From the NCBI RefSeq assembly GCF_006345805.1, contig NC_042998.1, positions 103,850,001 through 103,914,000 of the forward strand: DNA of 64,000 nt, given 5' to 3'. Below, piece after piece: positions 13,198 to 28,162 of the stretch (position 1 is the first letter of the stretch; every line of letters starts with the position of its first letter). Made by a program: the position numbers and the translations under genes. Under the pieces are notes generated by a model. It searched no databases. It was given only the letters and a program-made list of their open reading frames with translations, and was not told the origin of the DNA. The DNA comes from Octopus sinensis (Eukaryota).

Positions 13198-13499
13198 ACA
13201 CACACACGTACTTATACTCACAAAACAGATGAAAGGACAATAGCAAGACAACATTGATAAAGATTTCGGAATGATTTGGGGACACAAAGATTTTACGAGG
13301 ATATTTGTGGAAATATATTTCCTATACCACCACCATCCGCTGGTGTCAGTGTACTGAGAATTCTTCATCTTTGGAATTTTAACACTTCCGGGGCTGATTT
13401 TATTGCTTTTATTGTGGGTCACATATTATACTGGTCAATTTGAATGCCTCTACTGTTCTGCTTAGACTTGAGCTTGAAATGTATATATGTATTATTTCT

Positions 13500-13985
13500 T
13501 TTGTTCTTTACTTGTTTCAGTCTTTTGAATGCAGCCATGCTGGAGCACTGCCTTTAGTCGAACAAATTGACCCCCAGGACTTATTCTTTGTAAGCCTAGT
13601 ACTTATTATATCGGTCTCTCTTGCCGGACTGCTAAGTTACGGGAACGTAAACACATCAGTATCAGTAGTCAAGCGATGTTGGGGGGAACAAACACACACA
13701 CACATACTCATACACACACACACACACATATATATATATGCGTGTATATATATATATGCGTGTATATATATATATGCGTGTATATATATATATATGTGTG
13801 TGTATATATATATATGTATATACGGCGGGCTTCTTTCAGTTTCTGTCTACCAAATCAACTCGTGTGGCTTTGGTCGGTCCGAGGCTATAGTAGAAGACGC
13901 TTACCCTAGGTGCCACGCAGTAGGACTGAACCCGGAACCCTGTAGTTGGTAAGCAAACTACTTAATACACAACCACTCCTGCGCC
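13500..13985 (-). mobile_element. tRNA-derived SINE family A (octopus OK/OR-like), full length
   Basis: Reverse complement of the 27743-28162 element, with head ggcgcaggagtgg and internal (CA)/(TA) tract. Confidence 0.85.
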
Positions 13986-16900
13986 TGTATGTTTGCATGG
14001 ATAGATGGATGGATGGATGGATGGAAACAAGGAGAGAAGGAGGCATGGATAAATAAATGGATGGTATGTGGATAGAGTGATGGATGGAGGGATGAAGAGA
14101 GAGAGAAAGGAAGTGAAGGAGGCAGGATAAATATGTGTCTATGCATAGATGCCTGCATAGATGTGTGTCTATGTAAGAATGTATCGGAACATAGCTGATT
14201 TACAGCGATGTTAGAGGTTGGATACAACATTTCGCGCTACCGTGATATTTGACCGGAGTTTCTGCTCTCTGAGTTCATATTCATCCAATGACAAATTTAA
14301 GTGTCAGTTTTTCGGGATCGATACAAAATGAAAAATAATACTTATTTAGCGTGGTGGATTAGCGGACCTCTTAAAGGTTAGTGTCACATGCCTTGCGGTA
14401 TCTGCTTGTGATCTTTGCATTCTGACAACAACGCCTACGAAAGTGTTGCTTCCTAGCCGCACGGGCTAAGGTCAGCAACCTTTAAATTGGATAAGCATTG
14501 GTAGTATGGAAGGGGATACTTTCATGACCTGGCAACTGTTAGTCTTCCTACCTTGTCCATATCTGCTCATACAGTCAACTTCGAAAGATGGAGATCATTA
14601 TCTGCCACGTAGTGTTTGGACCCAACTACTTATACACTTGTAGTCTATGAGAACATAGGCATCTATATGAATGTGTTTAAGTGTGCATGTGTAAGTACTT
14701 ACTATTACCAACCTCTTATATATTTTATATACTTTTACAGGTTCTAAGTTCCATTAATATATTGAAGTGATAAATTATTAAAAAAATGTCATTCCTTTTC
14801 ATTTTCGTGGTACCCAGTTACGCAAGACTGATGCTCAAACAGTTAGTTACGTAAAAAAGGCCTCCAATAAATACAAGTATAAATACTGGTATAAATCGAA
14901 AATATTACACACTAGTGTATTGCCATACTTTCAAATTTTTCTGGTGTCCAGTAAATTCGTTTTCAGCATTGTAGGTGGGTGCAGACTGCTTGAAGGAGCT
15001 TGCACTGTCTGTGCATCTGTTCTTGATACAGCTGTAACGGTCGAATTGCACACCTTCCTTTTTCACACGCAGCTTTAAATTCTACCTATAATATGTATCT
15101 ACCTATAACTATTCCTTGTGAATACCAGGATATAAAGCAATCATTATTGAGGAAGAATCATCTGTTGAGGACGAACATTCCTCAACAGCTCTTTTGTTGA
15201 TGTCTAGGTATCTACATTCCTGTAACATTCATTTCTACCCTCAAGTTTTGTCAATGTATAAATAAATGTCATAATCAGACCTGATAAAGTTATGTGTTTA
15301 TTCTTTTATTCTGTAATATATATATACCAGCAAGATTGAAACACTGCATTTAGCCAATTTTTATAAAGCAGCTGTTACGTCCCTGTATTTTTAATTGCAG
15401 TTCAAGTTGGAGATTAGGCAATAACCCAGTCCGAACACTAAATGTGGGTGCCTACCATCTTATATCACCAAATGTAAAATTACACACAAACACACACACG
15501 CATGCATACACACATGTTTGTATGTATACGTTATATTTTTACACATATATGTATACATATGTACAAAATGTATACATACATAAATATGTGTGTGTGTATA
15601 CATACATACATACGTACATACATGCATACAGGAATACATACATATAATTCTCATGTTTCTAAAATATCACATGTTTCTCAGACCGTAAATACGCTGGTAA
15701 CCTTTTTTTTTTTTTTCACATTTTGTATTCATGTTGCAAACTATAGAATGTCGAATATAACAACAAAACAGGTAAATATATAAGGGCTATAGCATTTTAT
15801 TCTCAGTAATTTCCAGCAGATCACCTTTCTTTAACAAATCGTTGGACTTTATTCTTTCTGCTTTCCAATCATTACCATTCATTGCTCAGTTTCATCTCTC
15901 TTCCTCTTTTTTCCGAATTTTGTTTATGATTTATGTATTACATTTTAGCTTACATGTTTATATGTTTATTGCTATTTAGTTTCTATTTAGTTTTATAGTA
16001 ACATTTTTCATGGGTTAAGCATATATAGACACCTACTATGGACATATATAGATATCTAGAGACACCTACCATATTACTGCTGAATGTAGCATTTTAACGT
16101 ATGTATATCATCTTTCTCTGAAATCACTTTGCCTGAAAGAGTATCGTAAATAAAACTGATACTGTTTTTGTTGTTGTTGTAGTTGTTGGTGGTGATGGTG
16201 GTGCCACTGCTGCTGCTGCTGCTGCTGCGATCGTATGTCTTTGTATCTGTATTGTATTTCTAGACGAAACATGTTCGGCTTTGTTCTGTTTACTTCTAAA
16301 ACTATATTGACTTGTAACAGGCGCAATGCCATGCGCTTTGGAGAGTTAGATTCCATTATGTCGTTACGGGACACCTGACTCTTTCTTACTTTATTGTCTT
16401 AGAAATTCGGAACCAGTGTCTATTTAACTGCAAATTCTCTGACACTGTCCCAATTTTGTCATCTGCTGTACATTCTGGTAAATATTTCAGATACAATATA
16501 GAAAAGATAATTATGAGGAAATCAAAAAGTCGTCACAGACTTAATGACAGAGTACTTAACGATAGAGAGATAAAAAGAGTGCATAGCATAATGATTTCTG
16601 TGTCAAGCAATAAGCAGATTTTGAAGTTGCATTCTCATGAGTATAAATGAAATTAATTATGTTCAAACAGTTTTGTGTTCAACAGATTATTTAAAACCTC
16701 ACAGCACTTGTCCATTTCCTTCGAAACAATTGTTGTAGCTGATCCACAGAATCAATTGAAAGTGCCTCAGTATGCTGTAAACTGAGATCAATCTAGAACT
16801 CAGTGCACAAGTTGATGAATTCTGTCGAGTAAGCTCCCTCCCATACCTGTTCGTGAAAGAACGGGTAACACTAAGTAAGGACGAGCGAGTAAGCGAGAGT

Positions 16901-17200
16901 TCAGTGCTTCCCTAATGACCAGTTTGCGTTTGCTCCGGTAACCAGTTGTTATTGGTGGCGTAGACTTCTACGTAGATAAGTAGCTTACAAATCCCGTCTT
17001 CTTTGAAATACAGGATAATGTTGTTCTGGTATTCCGTGGCTGCTTTGCTTTGGTCGGTACTACCAATGCGCCGGTCATTGGTAGTTGCATGGCCTGTCGG
17101 TATAGATCGCACTAAACCAAATTTTACCTACGTTGACTAAATTTCCTGCGTAATTTCATCAGTGAATACTCTGGTTGGATCTGGTCCAAATCAAGCTGAG

Positions 17201-17494
17201 TGTTGTTCCTTCTCGAGCCATGCCTGACTCATAAGGGCCGGTTTCCCGCTTTCCTTAGCGTATAGATTCCCCACCTGGACGGGACGCCGATCCGTCGCAG
17301 GTGAGCTGCAAGATGCAGGAGGAAAGAGTGAGAGAAAGTTGTGGCGAGAGAGTCAGCAGAAGTTCGCCATTATCTTCTCCCGGAGCTGCATGGAACTTAG
17401 GTGTTTCGCTCATAAACACACACATCGCCCGGTCTGAGATTCGAACCCGCGATCCCGAGTCTGCTGCTCTAACCACTAGGCCATGTGCCTCCAC
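17201..17494 (-). mobile_element. tRNA-derived SINE family C, tail type 1
   Basis: Pol III A box TGGCCTAGTGG and B box GGTTCGAATC on minus; body ccacaactttctctcactctttc; tail cacctgcgacggatcggcgtcccgtccaggtgggg. Confidence 0.85.
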
Positions 17495-18300
17495 AAGCTT
17501 AGTGTACACTGACACAAAAGCAAATAAATGATAACAGGGATGTGATGATTTCTTTCGCTGCCGCTTCTATAAACCCGGTTTCAATCGCCAATATGAATTT
17601 TCTAGGTTAGAGGGAGTAATCGATCCTCAGCAAATCATATTCATATGAAGCTTGTTCTAAGATTAAAAAGGTAAATTTCGTACGTGTTTTTAAATCAATT
17701 CCGATTGAAAGTTTGAATTATTTCGAGCTATTATTCAGAATAGTGCTAAACGACCAAAAATAGCATTATAACCATATCAAATTTCTATCGTCATCAAAGT
17801 GTACTTATCTGAGAAATATATTTCCCAGCATCATAAACCTTACTTGTAAAAAAAATAAAATAAAATAAAGAACAAAAAAAGAAAAGCGCAGCCATCTGTA
17901 AGCTGTTAAAAAGGGCAAAGAACTCTTTCAACCCATCTAATTGTCAGAAAGCAATGAGTATGTCGAGTGTTCACGGACGAAAATCACCAAAACATATCAT
18001 TCGGCCTTAATTCTTGGTTTATATATCACCGACATTTAGCGTGATAGTTCGGAATATTTATGGCTGGAAGTGAGTTATGCTATAAACCATCAGCAACTTC
18101 TTTGAAACAGTGTACCAGTGATGAAGGGCTTATCGGATTGCCCGCTATCTCTGACTTACTAGATGATCTATTCTCGTCCCTCATAGACAGCCTCTACATT
18201 ACACCCGTATTACTTTAAATGTGTAGCTAACCTTTTGCATTAAACACTTAGTCTTTTTTCCCCGCTTCCCCTCTTTCTTTGTCTTCCTCTATATATATCT

Positions 18301-18349
<49 letters not shown>

Positions 18350-18888
18350 CCTCCCATACTATTTATGTACATAGCTAGCTAACTAGTCAACTATCACTTT
18401 CTGCATTTCGTATAGTTAATGACGTTGTCGGTGTAAGTAGTAGTAGTAGTAGGTGGTGGTGGTGGAGGAGGAGGAGGTGGTGGTGGTGGAGGATGTGGTG
18501 GTGAAGGAGGAGGTGTGGTGGAGGAGGAGGAGGTGGTGGTAGTGGAGGTGGAGGACGACGACGACGAAAAGGAGGAGGAGGAGGAGGAGGAAAATGCGCA
18601 ACAGTAGCGGTTGTTCAATTAGAAAGAAATTCGTTTTATTAATCCTAATGTCTGTATTTACTACATTTCAATTGGCCCACGTTATAAAATTCTAAAGTAT
18701 TGATCTTTTAACTACAATTACTTCGACATTAAATGTAAAATCAAATCGTCAGATATCTAGAATTCTCTAGGAAAAAATATATTCAATAAACATTTATGTG
18801 AAATTACACATTTTTTAGTTATTGCAGCCATTGCTTACCCAACAAGATCAACGTTAATTAAGCAGAATTCTAAATCAAACAGAATGAT

Positions 18889-18919
<31 letters not shown>

Positions 18920-19921
18920 AATATACATACACAAAAGAAGCGGAAATATAGCATGAATTCAAACAAATAAGAGAAGGTCTCGTAAACTGAATGTTAATAC
19001 TCATTTTTTAAAATTCATTAACATTTGATTTTAGCTGGGGAAACCAACAAAAACCTAGTGGCTAATGTTTGCGATTCTCAAAAAAGGGGAGATAAATTCA
19101 AGAAATAAAAAAAATACTTACACGTAATTTGTATACATTCAAAGAGGAGAACACTAATCTGTGTTAGCAGACGTTATTTACAGCTACAATAATAATAACA
19201 ATCTTCAACGAGAAACCTTGGTCAATCTCAACATAGGTTATTCAATGAACAAATAATTTTGCACAAACGGTAAAGGAATTAAGGATGTTTTTACAATTAG
19301 TAATTAACATAATTATAAATCAAAGCGAGTTAGAGAAATAACTTAATTAGATTAATTGTATAAATTTTAATAGCCTCTGTTTCGCGGAGCTGACTCTTTT
19401 CGCTACTCTTCCACTTAGATATTCCTAACCTAAACGTCTATCGTGAGCTTCCTACTCAGAACATCTCTTCTCTAGAATCCACTCTCATGTCTATTTTGCA
19501 AGGTTCATTAGCTTTCTACCTTTTCCCTGATACAGCAAGTAAAGAATGATTAAGATTAAACAGCTTGAGTAATTAGCGGAAGAAAATTCTTAGCGGTTCT
19601 CGAATATGTGGGGGTTATCATTTCAAGGTATTACATAGAATCGTGTGGAAAGTTAGAAATGTTTAAAGCTTAAATTACTTAAATACTCCATATGCAATTA
19701 AATTATAATGGAAGATAGTATTACTTTTGTTCTCGCCTCAGCCATGAAGAATATTGGAGCTGGAAACCACAGTTCTGATTTACGCCGCATGAGACACTTC
19801 AGCTAAAATAAATTCTTACGGATCATAACACACATACAAATACACACACATACACAGAGACGAACAGGCAGACAGACATATAGACAGACAGGCAGATAGA
19901 TAGAGAGACAGACAGACAGAC

Positions 19922-20073
<152 letters not shown>

Positions 20074-20572
20074 GGTAGTCCGCAATGATGACACTTAGAG
20101 TATCTTTACGCCAAAAAATCCATTGTGAAAAAATTTATTCGAGACAACAAAATGCAGCAACGATAAAGATAAATGTTAAAAATAAATTTACGCATCATTA
20201 TTTTCAACTTTGTGCGTTTATAAGGAATTATTTCAACCTTGATAAGCTTCGACACACACTAGCAAATGTTTCCTGTTTCTTTAGAAGATTAGTTCCAATT
20301 TAGCTCCAAGTAACCGAGGTGGTAGCCATTACTGAGAGGAATAAGTGATGCCGAATTACTGAGTTTCGTTGACTGCTGATGTCACAAATTCGACACAGAG
20401 AGATTTATTCTCTGTGACAAAATTCCGCAGCGAATGCTATGCCTTTTTAATGACTTGGTGTATGATTTGTATCTATATATTTACATTTTTCTCAAAATAT
20501 ATATATATATATATATATTTCTCTGTTGAAACAGTTTAAAATTAAATGCACGATTCATAGTGAGTGTGTGTG

Positions 20573-20627
<55 letters not shown>

Positions 20628-20767
20628 AGTGTGTGTGTGCGTGTTGAAAGATTGCTGAAAACTCTCGGGGATACCTAAGGTTACAGACAGTAGCCCGTTA
20701 CCCACGTAAATCCCAACAGAATAAGACCGAAACTGAGCCAAGCCAAACTAATAATAATAATAATAAT

Positions 20768-20812
<45 letters not shown>

Positions 20813-20830
20813 AATAATAATAATAATAAT

Positions 20831-21049
20831 ACTCTACATTATAGGCAAAATACCTGAAATTATGTGGAAGAGAACAAGTCGATTACATCGACCTCAGTGT
20901 TTCACTGGTACTTAATTTATCGACCTCCGAAAGGATGAAAGGCAAAGTCGACCACGGTAGAATTTGAACCCAGAAAATTAAAGACGGACGAAATGCCCCT
21001 GAGCATTTTGTCTAACGATTCGTGCTAACGGTTCGGCCAGCTCACCACC

Positions 21050-21051
<2 letters not shown>
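20831..21051 (-). mobile_element. SINE family B
   Basis: Contains ttatcgacctccgaaaggatgaaaggcaaagtcgacc, shared with 21683-21897, 49661-49882 and 63629-64000; (AAT)n on both sides. Confidence 0.85.
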
Positions 21052-21137
<86 letters not shown>

Positions 21138-21295
21138 GGAGGAGGAGGAGAGGAGGAGGGGGAGAAGAAGAAGAAGAAGAAGAAGAAGAAGAAGAAGAAG
21201 AAGAAGAAGAAGAAGAAGAAGAAGAAGAAGAAGAAGAAGAAGAAGAAGAAGAAGAAGAAGAAGAAGAAGAAGAAGAAGAAGAAGAAGAAGAAGAA
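21051..21295. repeat. Compound array (AAT)n(GAT)n(GAG)n(AAG)n
   Basis: Directly visible; long pure (GAA)n at ~21164-21295. Confidence 0.97.
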
Positions 21296-21299
21296 TGAT

Positions 21300-21660
21300 C
21301 AGGAATCAGAAGCAGAAGTAGTGGGAGAGCATCATAGCCATGTGTTGAGGGGGATTTTTTTGAGTTTGGATAATTCACCTTCAGAAACATGGGTGTTTCG
21401 TTCAACATCCTTAAACAGCCTTTATTCAGAGACCATTTGAGTGGGAAGGGCTACTCAACCTGTGGAAAATTATAACTGAGCCCCACCTGCAAGGTCATGT
21501 GCTGTTTATTTTGATATGAGATTACCATGTTGCGCACATATGGTTGTGCTGCATGCCTGGTGTACCCTTATCAGACGGATATTCATGCTGAGTATACTGA
21601 ACTTCAGATATTTTACCCTAGTATCACTTTGATGGTACGGACTACTCTCTCACTCAATAA
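21300..21660 (+). mobile_element. 3' portion of a retroposon with (AAT)n tail; related fragment at ~37625-37780
   Basis: gatatgagat.accat...gtacccttatcagac...tcactttgatgg...ctctctcactcaataataat occurs at both loci. Confidence 0.6.
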
Positions 21661-21682
21661 TAATAACAATAATAATAATAAT

Positions 21683-21897
21683 GACCCTTTCTACTAAAGA
21701 CAGAAGGCCTGAAATTGCGGGGAGGCGATTAATCGATTACATCGACCCAGTGTTTCACTGGTGCTTAACTTATCGGCCCCGAAAGAATGAAAGGCAAAGT
21801 CGACCGCGGCTTAATTTGAACTCAAAACGTAGAGGCGGATAAAATGCCTTTGAGCATCTTGTCCAACCTGCTAACAATTCTGCCAGCTCACCGCCTT
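21683..21897 (-). mobile_element. SINE family B
   Basis: Homologous to 20831-21051. Confidence 0.85.
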
Positions 21898-22170
<273 letters not shown>

Positions 22171-22783
22171 AATTAAAAGTAACAATGCCATTGTAACAAT
22201 AAAAGAACTCCACCAATAACCGAACTTTTAGAAAGATCAAGCCACTGGCCTGTGTCAGATTGGCTATTGTATGAGTAGTCACTTATAAAAGATCGTTAAC
22301 ACGCATTCATTGTAAAGATTAGTTGTTCAAGATGTTGATAATCACATACATACACACAGCATAACTAATATCCCCCACTCACATATCCACCCGTTCTCTC
22401 ATCCAACGCATTCGAAACATACTCATTCACTAGGACATCGACATGCAGTCAATCAACATACTACACAGAACAACTGTTTAACAACAGATGCCAATGCATT
22501 GATGTTAACCAACAAAGACGAATCTGTTGATAATTAGCTATGATTATCGGTTTATACGATAATTTAATGTAGTAATCTTTTGGTTGCTTTTCATCTCCTT
22601 TATTATAAAAGGTCCAACTCGAGTGGTGTGAATGAAGTATATATTTATTAATTTTTTTTTTATGCTTCACTGTGTATAAAATAACCTAAGACGCTTTCCA
22701 TTCTTGCAATGGCTCTGGTTTTAAGAATTTCTAGAGAAATATAAATCATAAAGCAAGCCATTAAAATAACAACAATAACGTTT

Positions 22784-22839
<56 letters not shown>

Positions 22840-24197
22840 GATAATAGCAACAATACGAACTCACGACAATTGTAACAATGGCATTCACGTAGGGGTGAAG
22901 TCTGTAATTAAATTATAATTTGTTTCCGGTTATCTCCCTTCTTGCCACATCTAAAGAAAGTGCGCTAAACATATGTTGAAGTACCCCTGTTCCTATTTAA
23001 CCAATTAGAGGTATTAATAACATGGTTTGAGACACTCATTAATGCTTTCCATACATGCAAATAAATGCAAACGCAGGAAGCTACATATACATATGTACGT
23101 ACATACATATACACACGGACACACTAAAATACATTTGTTCACGCATCCAGATATGTATGTATGTATGTGTGTATATATGTATGTACATAAGTATGTATCT
23201 ATGAATATGCATATATACATTAATAAACATACATGTGTGCATGAGTGTATATATATATATATATGTAAATACATCTATATATGTATGTATGTATGTTTAG
23301 CATGTCGATGTTGGTGTATGAGTTTCTGTGTTCTCTATGTGCATGCGTATGTATGTGTGCGTGTGCGTGCATGCGTGCGTGCGTGGTGCGTGCGTGTGTG
23401 TGTGTGTGTGTGTGTGTGTACGTACCTTTGTGTGAAAGTAAGAATGCGTGTGTGTGCTTGGATGTATATGTGTGTATGTAAGGAGGTGGGTGGTTGGGTG
23501 GGTGGGTGGGTGTTGAAAGTATTATACCCGTTAATGCGATCGGACAGACTTCATACCCAATGCAACGAATATTCGTTTGTAGCCACGTGTACACAGAAGC
23601 ATAGCGTCTTGCAAAATGGTGTGTATAAATTAAATCAAAATGTAAGACTGATACATCCGTCATTTACTTATACCACCCAATTATATTAAAATATAAATAT
23701 GCACACTTCTACCGAACACACATGCACATATATACACAGTCACATGAACGAACGCACACTTCATCGTGAAAGAAGAAACAAAAACGGTTCGCCCAAGGGT
23801 GGGTAATACGCTGTGAAGTATCCAAAACTGAAAGATTGCCACCAGCAGATGTCGACACCATAACACTGCCAGTGTTCAGGCGCTGCTTAAACATCGTCAG
23901 CACCATTTTCTTTTACTCTCCCTTCCTTTTACCAACCCAACACTTTTCTATCCCCCCTCTCATTTTCTCTCTCTCTTTATCTCTCCTTATTTCTCTCTCT
24001 TCCTCGAGTCCTTATTTCGTTCTTTCTCTATCTCGTTTGTCTCTTCGTATCTTTGGTGGGCGTGGCCGGTTCAACGCATGTGAAGATTCTATTAGAAATT
24101 ATTTCAAGTTTATTAACATAATACATCCGAGAGAAGAGAACATCTTCCTACAAATACATGGTGTATTTAAAGAAGAATTATACATATATATATATAT

Positions 24198-24228
<31 letters not shown>

Positions 24229-24530
24229 ATTCTTATACACATATATATGCATATATACATGCATACATATATATATATGTATAATTCTTATACATATATA
24301 TATGCATATATACATGCATACATACACACATACATATGTACATATCTGTGAATGTATGTATGAGTCCTGTGAGAAAGAGTGCATGTATGTGTGTGTGTAT
24401 ATATAAAAGCACGTCCGAATTACCTGTTTCTCTCTCTCTCTCTCTCTCTCCCTCTTCCTTGATATATATGTACATACATACATACATATATACATATACA
24501 TATATATATGCGTGTATATGTATATATGTT

Positions 24531-24564
<34 letters not shown>

Positions 24565-24567
<3 letters not shown>

Positions 24568-24790
24568 TTTACTTGTTTCAGTCATTTGACTGCGGCCATA
24601 CTGGAGCACCGCCTTTAGTCGAGCAAATCGACCTCAGGACTTATTTTTTGTAAGCCTAGTACTTATTCTATCGGTCTCTTTTGCTGAACCGCTAAGTTAC
24701 GGGGACGTAAACACATCAGCATCTGTTGTCAAGCGATGTTGTGGGGACAAACACAGACACATAAGTACACGCACACACACACACACACAT

Positions 24791-24842
<52 letters not shown>

Positions 24843-24977
24843 TTATACGGCGGACTTCTTTCAGTTTACGTCTACCAAATCCACTCACAAGGCTTTGGTC
24901 GGCCCGAGGCTATAGTATAAGACGCCTGCCCAAGGTGCCACGCAGTGGGACTGAACCCGGAACTACGTGGTTGGTAA
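24565..24977 (-). mobile_element. SINE family A (head slightly truncated)
   Basis: Homologous to 27743-28162. Confidence 0.85.
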
Positions 24978-26127
24978 CATATATATACTTACGCTCAAGA
25001 AAAGAAAAAGCAAAACAAGATAAACAAGCATTCCATGAATGTCTTCCAGACTGTAATTATTTTCCATCTATAAAAGAAAAAATCAATAAATCTCAGGTTA
25101 TCTTTCCAAAAAGGATAAAACAGTGCTATACAAGGTTACCAATGACCAGTAATTTTTCAGTAAAATTTCAAAAATGTTACAAAAAAAACAAACTTGTACA
25201 TGTTCACTCTATTCAGAAATGTAGATACAGCACAACTTTGTTTTTAGTAGCAGTTATTTCTGTACCACACCGTTTTTAATGCATTGCATGTATATGAGTC
25301 CTGTGAGAAGAGGTACGCGATATATGGTAACAATATATCGGTGTGGCTCATCATGAAGCTAGCTTCGATTTATGTAGTGTTTATTTACTTCCATTATTGG
25401 CTGCATATATTGGTGAACTATATATACCAATATTATGATGGACCTCCGAGCTCCCAGAAACAGCTGTTGGTCTTGTAAACTTTACATCACCACCCATTCA
25501 ATCTTCTCTGTCGTTTGTACTCAGTATAAGTTTAATCTACTGGACTAGTCAGTCATGGTTCAAGCCCAGAAACAAAAAGTCCTTTTGATTCCACATTACT
25601 CTTCCTTTCCCCACCCCAACCAATCCCCCACACTGTCCCTTAATACTACCAAATAAGCAAGATTTTTATTGAACTCAAAATACTTTTGAAGCCCCATTCT
25701 GATTACTTTCTTAAATACTTTCTTGTAAACTGTTTTTAATACTTTCATATTATTATCAAAGAATGTATACCTGTATTTTAATACTTTTGTGATAACCAGT
25801 ACTTAACACAACAAAGTTCATACAAACATTTCCTAGCTACAGACTAGACAAAATGTCAGAAAGACAGGTCAGTTATTCCTCTACAATTTTTTGTAAATTC
25901 TTAAATATATCACCTTCTGTGTACATATATATATATATATATATATTTAGTTTCAGCTCAGAGCTGCGGCCATGCTCTGATGCACCGCCGTTTTGTGCTA
26001 CACTGTTATTACGACGAACCTAGTCTAATATGTGGCACTTGGTGAAGAATGGAGTTTGATATAGCTACTCTCATTTGCACCTCTTGCCGTGAGGTAGGTT
26101 CATCTGGGACTCTTGACAGGAAGATGT

Positions 26128-26175
<48 letters not shown>

Positions 26176-26729
26176 TACCAAATAAGCAAAATTTTTATTG
26201 AACTCAAAATACTTTTGAAGTCCCATTCTGATTACTTTCTTAAATACTTTCTTGTAAACTGTTTTTAAAACTTTCATATTATTATCAAAGAATGTATACC
26301 TGTATTTTAATACTTTTGTGATAACCAGTACTTAACACAACAAAGTTCATACAAAGTTTTACATTTTACTTTTGACAATATTTCCCTAAAAAAGTGAAAC
26401 CAGTCAAGCGAATAAACATCTTTAAAATTGTATTTTCATACCTTCTTTCATATATATATATATATATTATATATATATATATGCTCCTCCTCCTCCTTCC
26501 TGTCGTTGACCCGCGACGAGACTTCCGCTACTGTCTTTTCTGGCTTGACCTCCTCAAGGTGTGGACGGCAATTCTTTTTGCTCCGTTCGTCGTTCACAGA
26601 AATCAGCGTTCGTAATACCTTTTTTGTTCGGCGTTAACAGCCCTTCTTATCTTGTTTTTCCTTGTCCTGTCTTTTACTGCTTATATTTTGTACTGTCGTT
26701 ACTGTCCTGTTTTTGTTACCATTTTTACC

Positions 26730-26990
26730 CCTCTGCAAAAAGATCTCAAATTTTAATTGATTTGCTTTTCGCAGGAAGGAAAGTTTCTTATTCGAAGATA
26801 CGTCTCGCTTTCACCTTAGAAACGTAGAGTAGATGAAACCATGGCGACTGAAGAAGGGGTTTTTTCTTTGTGTCAATTGTCCTGTACTCTATTTTTTTGT
26901 TGTTTAAAAAAATGTCCATTTCCTTGGGTTTGTGTCTATGTTTTAGTTTCTCATTGTGTTCGACGTTTTTTTTTTTGTGTCCTGTACTCA
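26730..26990 (+). mobile_element. Possible PLE terminal fragment
   Basis: ctgaagaagggg (start of a hammerhead core, incomplete) followed by T-rich sequence with repeated tgtcctgtactc, ending in (TA)n. Confidence 0.3.
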
Positions 26991-27079
26991 TATATGCGTG
27001 TATATATACATGTAGAGGTAGGTACGTACATATATGTTTATATATATGCATATGTTTTATTTATTAATATATTATATAT

Positions 27080-27133
<54 letters not shown>

Positions 27134-27146
27134 ATATATATGTATG

Positions 27147-27188
<42 letters not shown>

Positions 27189-27742
27189 ATATATATATTC
27201 ATATATACATACATGTACATACTTACATATATATGTATATACGTATATACACATGCATATATGGGTCCAGGACGTAAACAACATGGAAAACGATAATATG
27301 AAATGCAAAAGCATTGAAAACGAACTTTTTTTGCGAACAACGAAAGAAACAAATAGAAAAACAAGGCAGGCAACATAAAGAACAATCCCTTCATCAGATG
27401 TCTACTGTTTTATCTACTTTGCATTTCGAGCATTAGGACAAGATGCGTCTTCGTCAAAACAGTTGCTCCCGCATTTCAAAATATGAAAAGAATATTGCAA
27501 CTCAAGAATGGAATAAGCAATAATGAAAGACACTAACCTGTTTAAGTCGTAAGTAAATCAGTTACTTTTTGAACAGAATTCGTAGAGTGGAGAAATGAAG
27601 TAGAACAGTGAGACACTTATAACGATCTTACCTATTCCATGAAGCTTTCGAACGGACGCAGGTGAACAAAAGTGGCTACAGCTTGGTATTATCTAGCAGG
27701 ATAATCACAATGCAACTGAAATCATTCTATAATGCTGGTATA

Positions 27743-28162
27743 GGCGCAGGAGTGGCTGTGTGGTAAGTAGCTTGCTAAGCAACCACATGGTTCCGGGTTC
27801 AGTCCCACTGCGTGGCATCTTGGGCAAGTGTCTTCTGCTATAGCCCCGGGCCGACCAATGCCTTGTGAGTGGATTTGGTAGACGTAAACTGAAAGAAGCC
27901 TGTCGTATATATGTATATATATGTATATGTATGTATGTGTGTGTTTGTGTGTCTGTGTTTGTCCCCCTAGCATTGCTTGACAACTGATGCTGGTGTGTTT
28001 ACGTCCCCGTCACTTAGCGGTTCGGCAAAAGAGACCAATAGAATAAGTACTGGGCTTACAAAGAATAAGTCCCGGGGTCGATTTGCTCGACTAAAGGCGG
28101 TGCTCCAGCATGGCCGCAGTCAACTGACTGAAACAACTAAAAGAGTAAAAGAGTAAAAGAGT
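27743..28162 (+). mobile_element. tRNA-derived SINE family A, full length
   Basis: A-box-like TGGCTGTGTGG, B-box-like GGTTCAGTC, CORE-like tcttgggcaagtg, internal (TA)/(TG) tract, (AAAAGAGT)n tail. Confidence 0.88.

Noticed and set aside
12895-13257. Acidic poly-Glu ORF
   Set aside because: Built from a SINE fragment plus a (GAA/GGA) array and (CA)n; no unique coding sequence.
17420-17494. tRNA gene (A and B boxes); similar heads at 27743 and 56858
   Set aside because: No complete cloverleaf; each head continues into a repeated SINE body.
18117-18155. Box C/D snoRNA (GTGATGA...CTGA) or hammerhead (TGATGA plus stem)
   Set aside because: Too short for a snoRNA, and the stem is not followed by GAAA.
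22259-22312. Promoter (reverse CCAAT, TATAAAAG, Inr-like TCATT)
   Set aside because: TATA-to-Inr spacing is short, no downstream gene is seen, and such motifs are expected by chance in AT-rich DNA.
26848-26880. Canonical hammerhead core CTGAAGA
   Set aside because: No helix II closure or GAAA follows; at most a truncated remnant.
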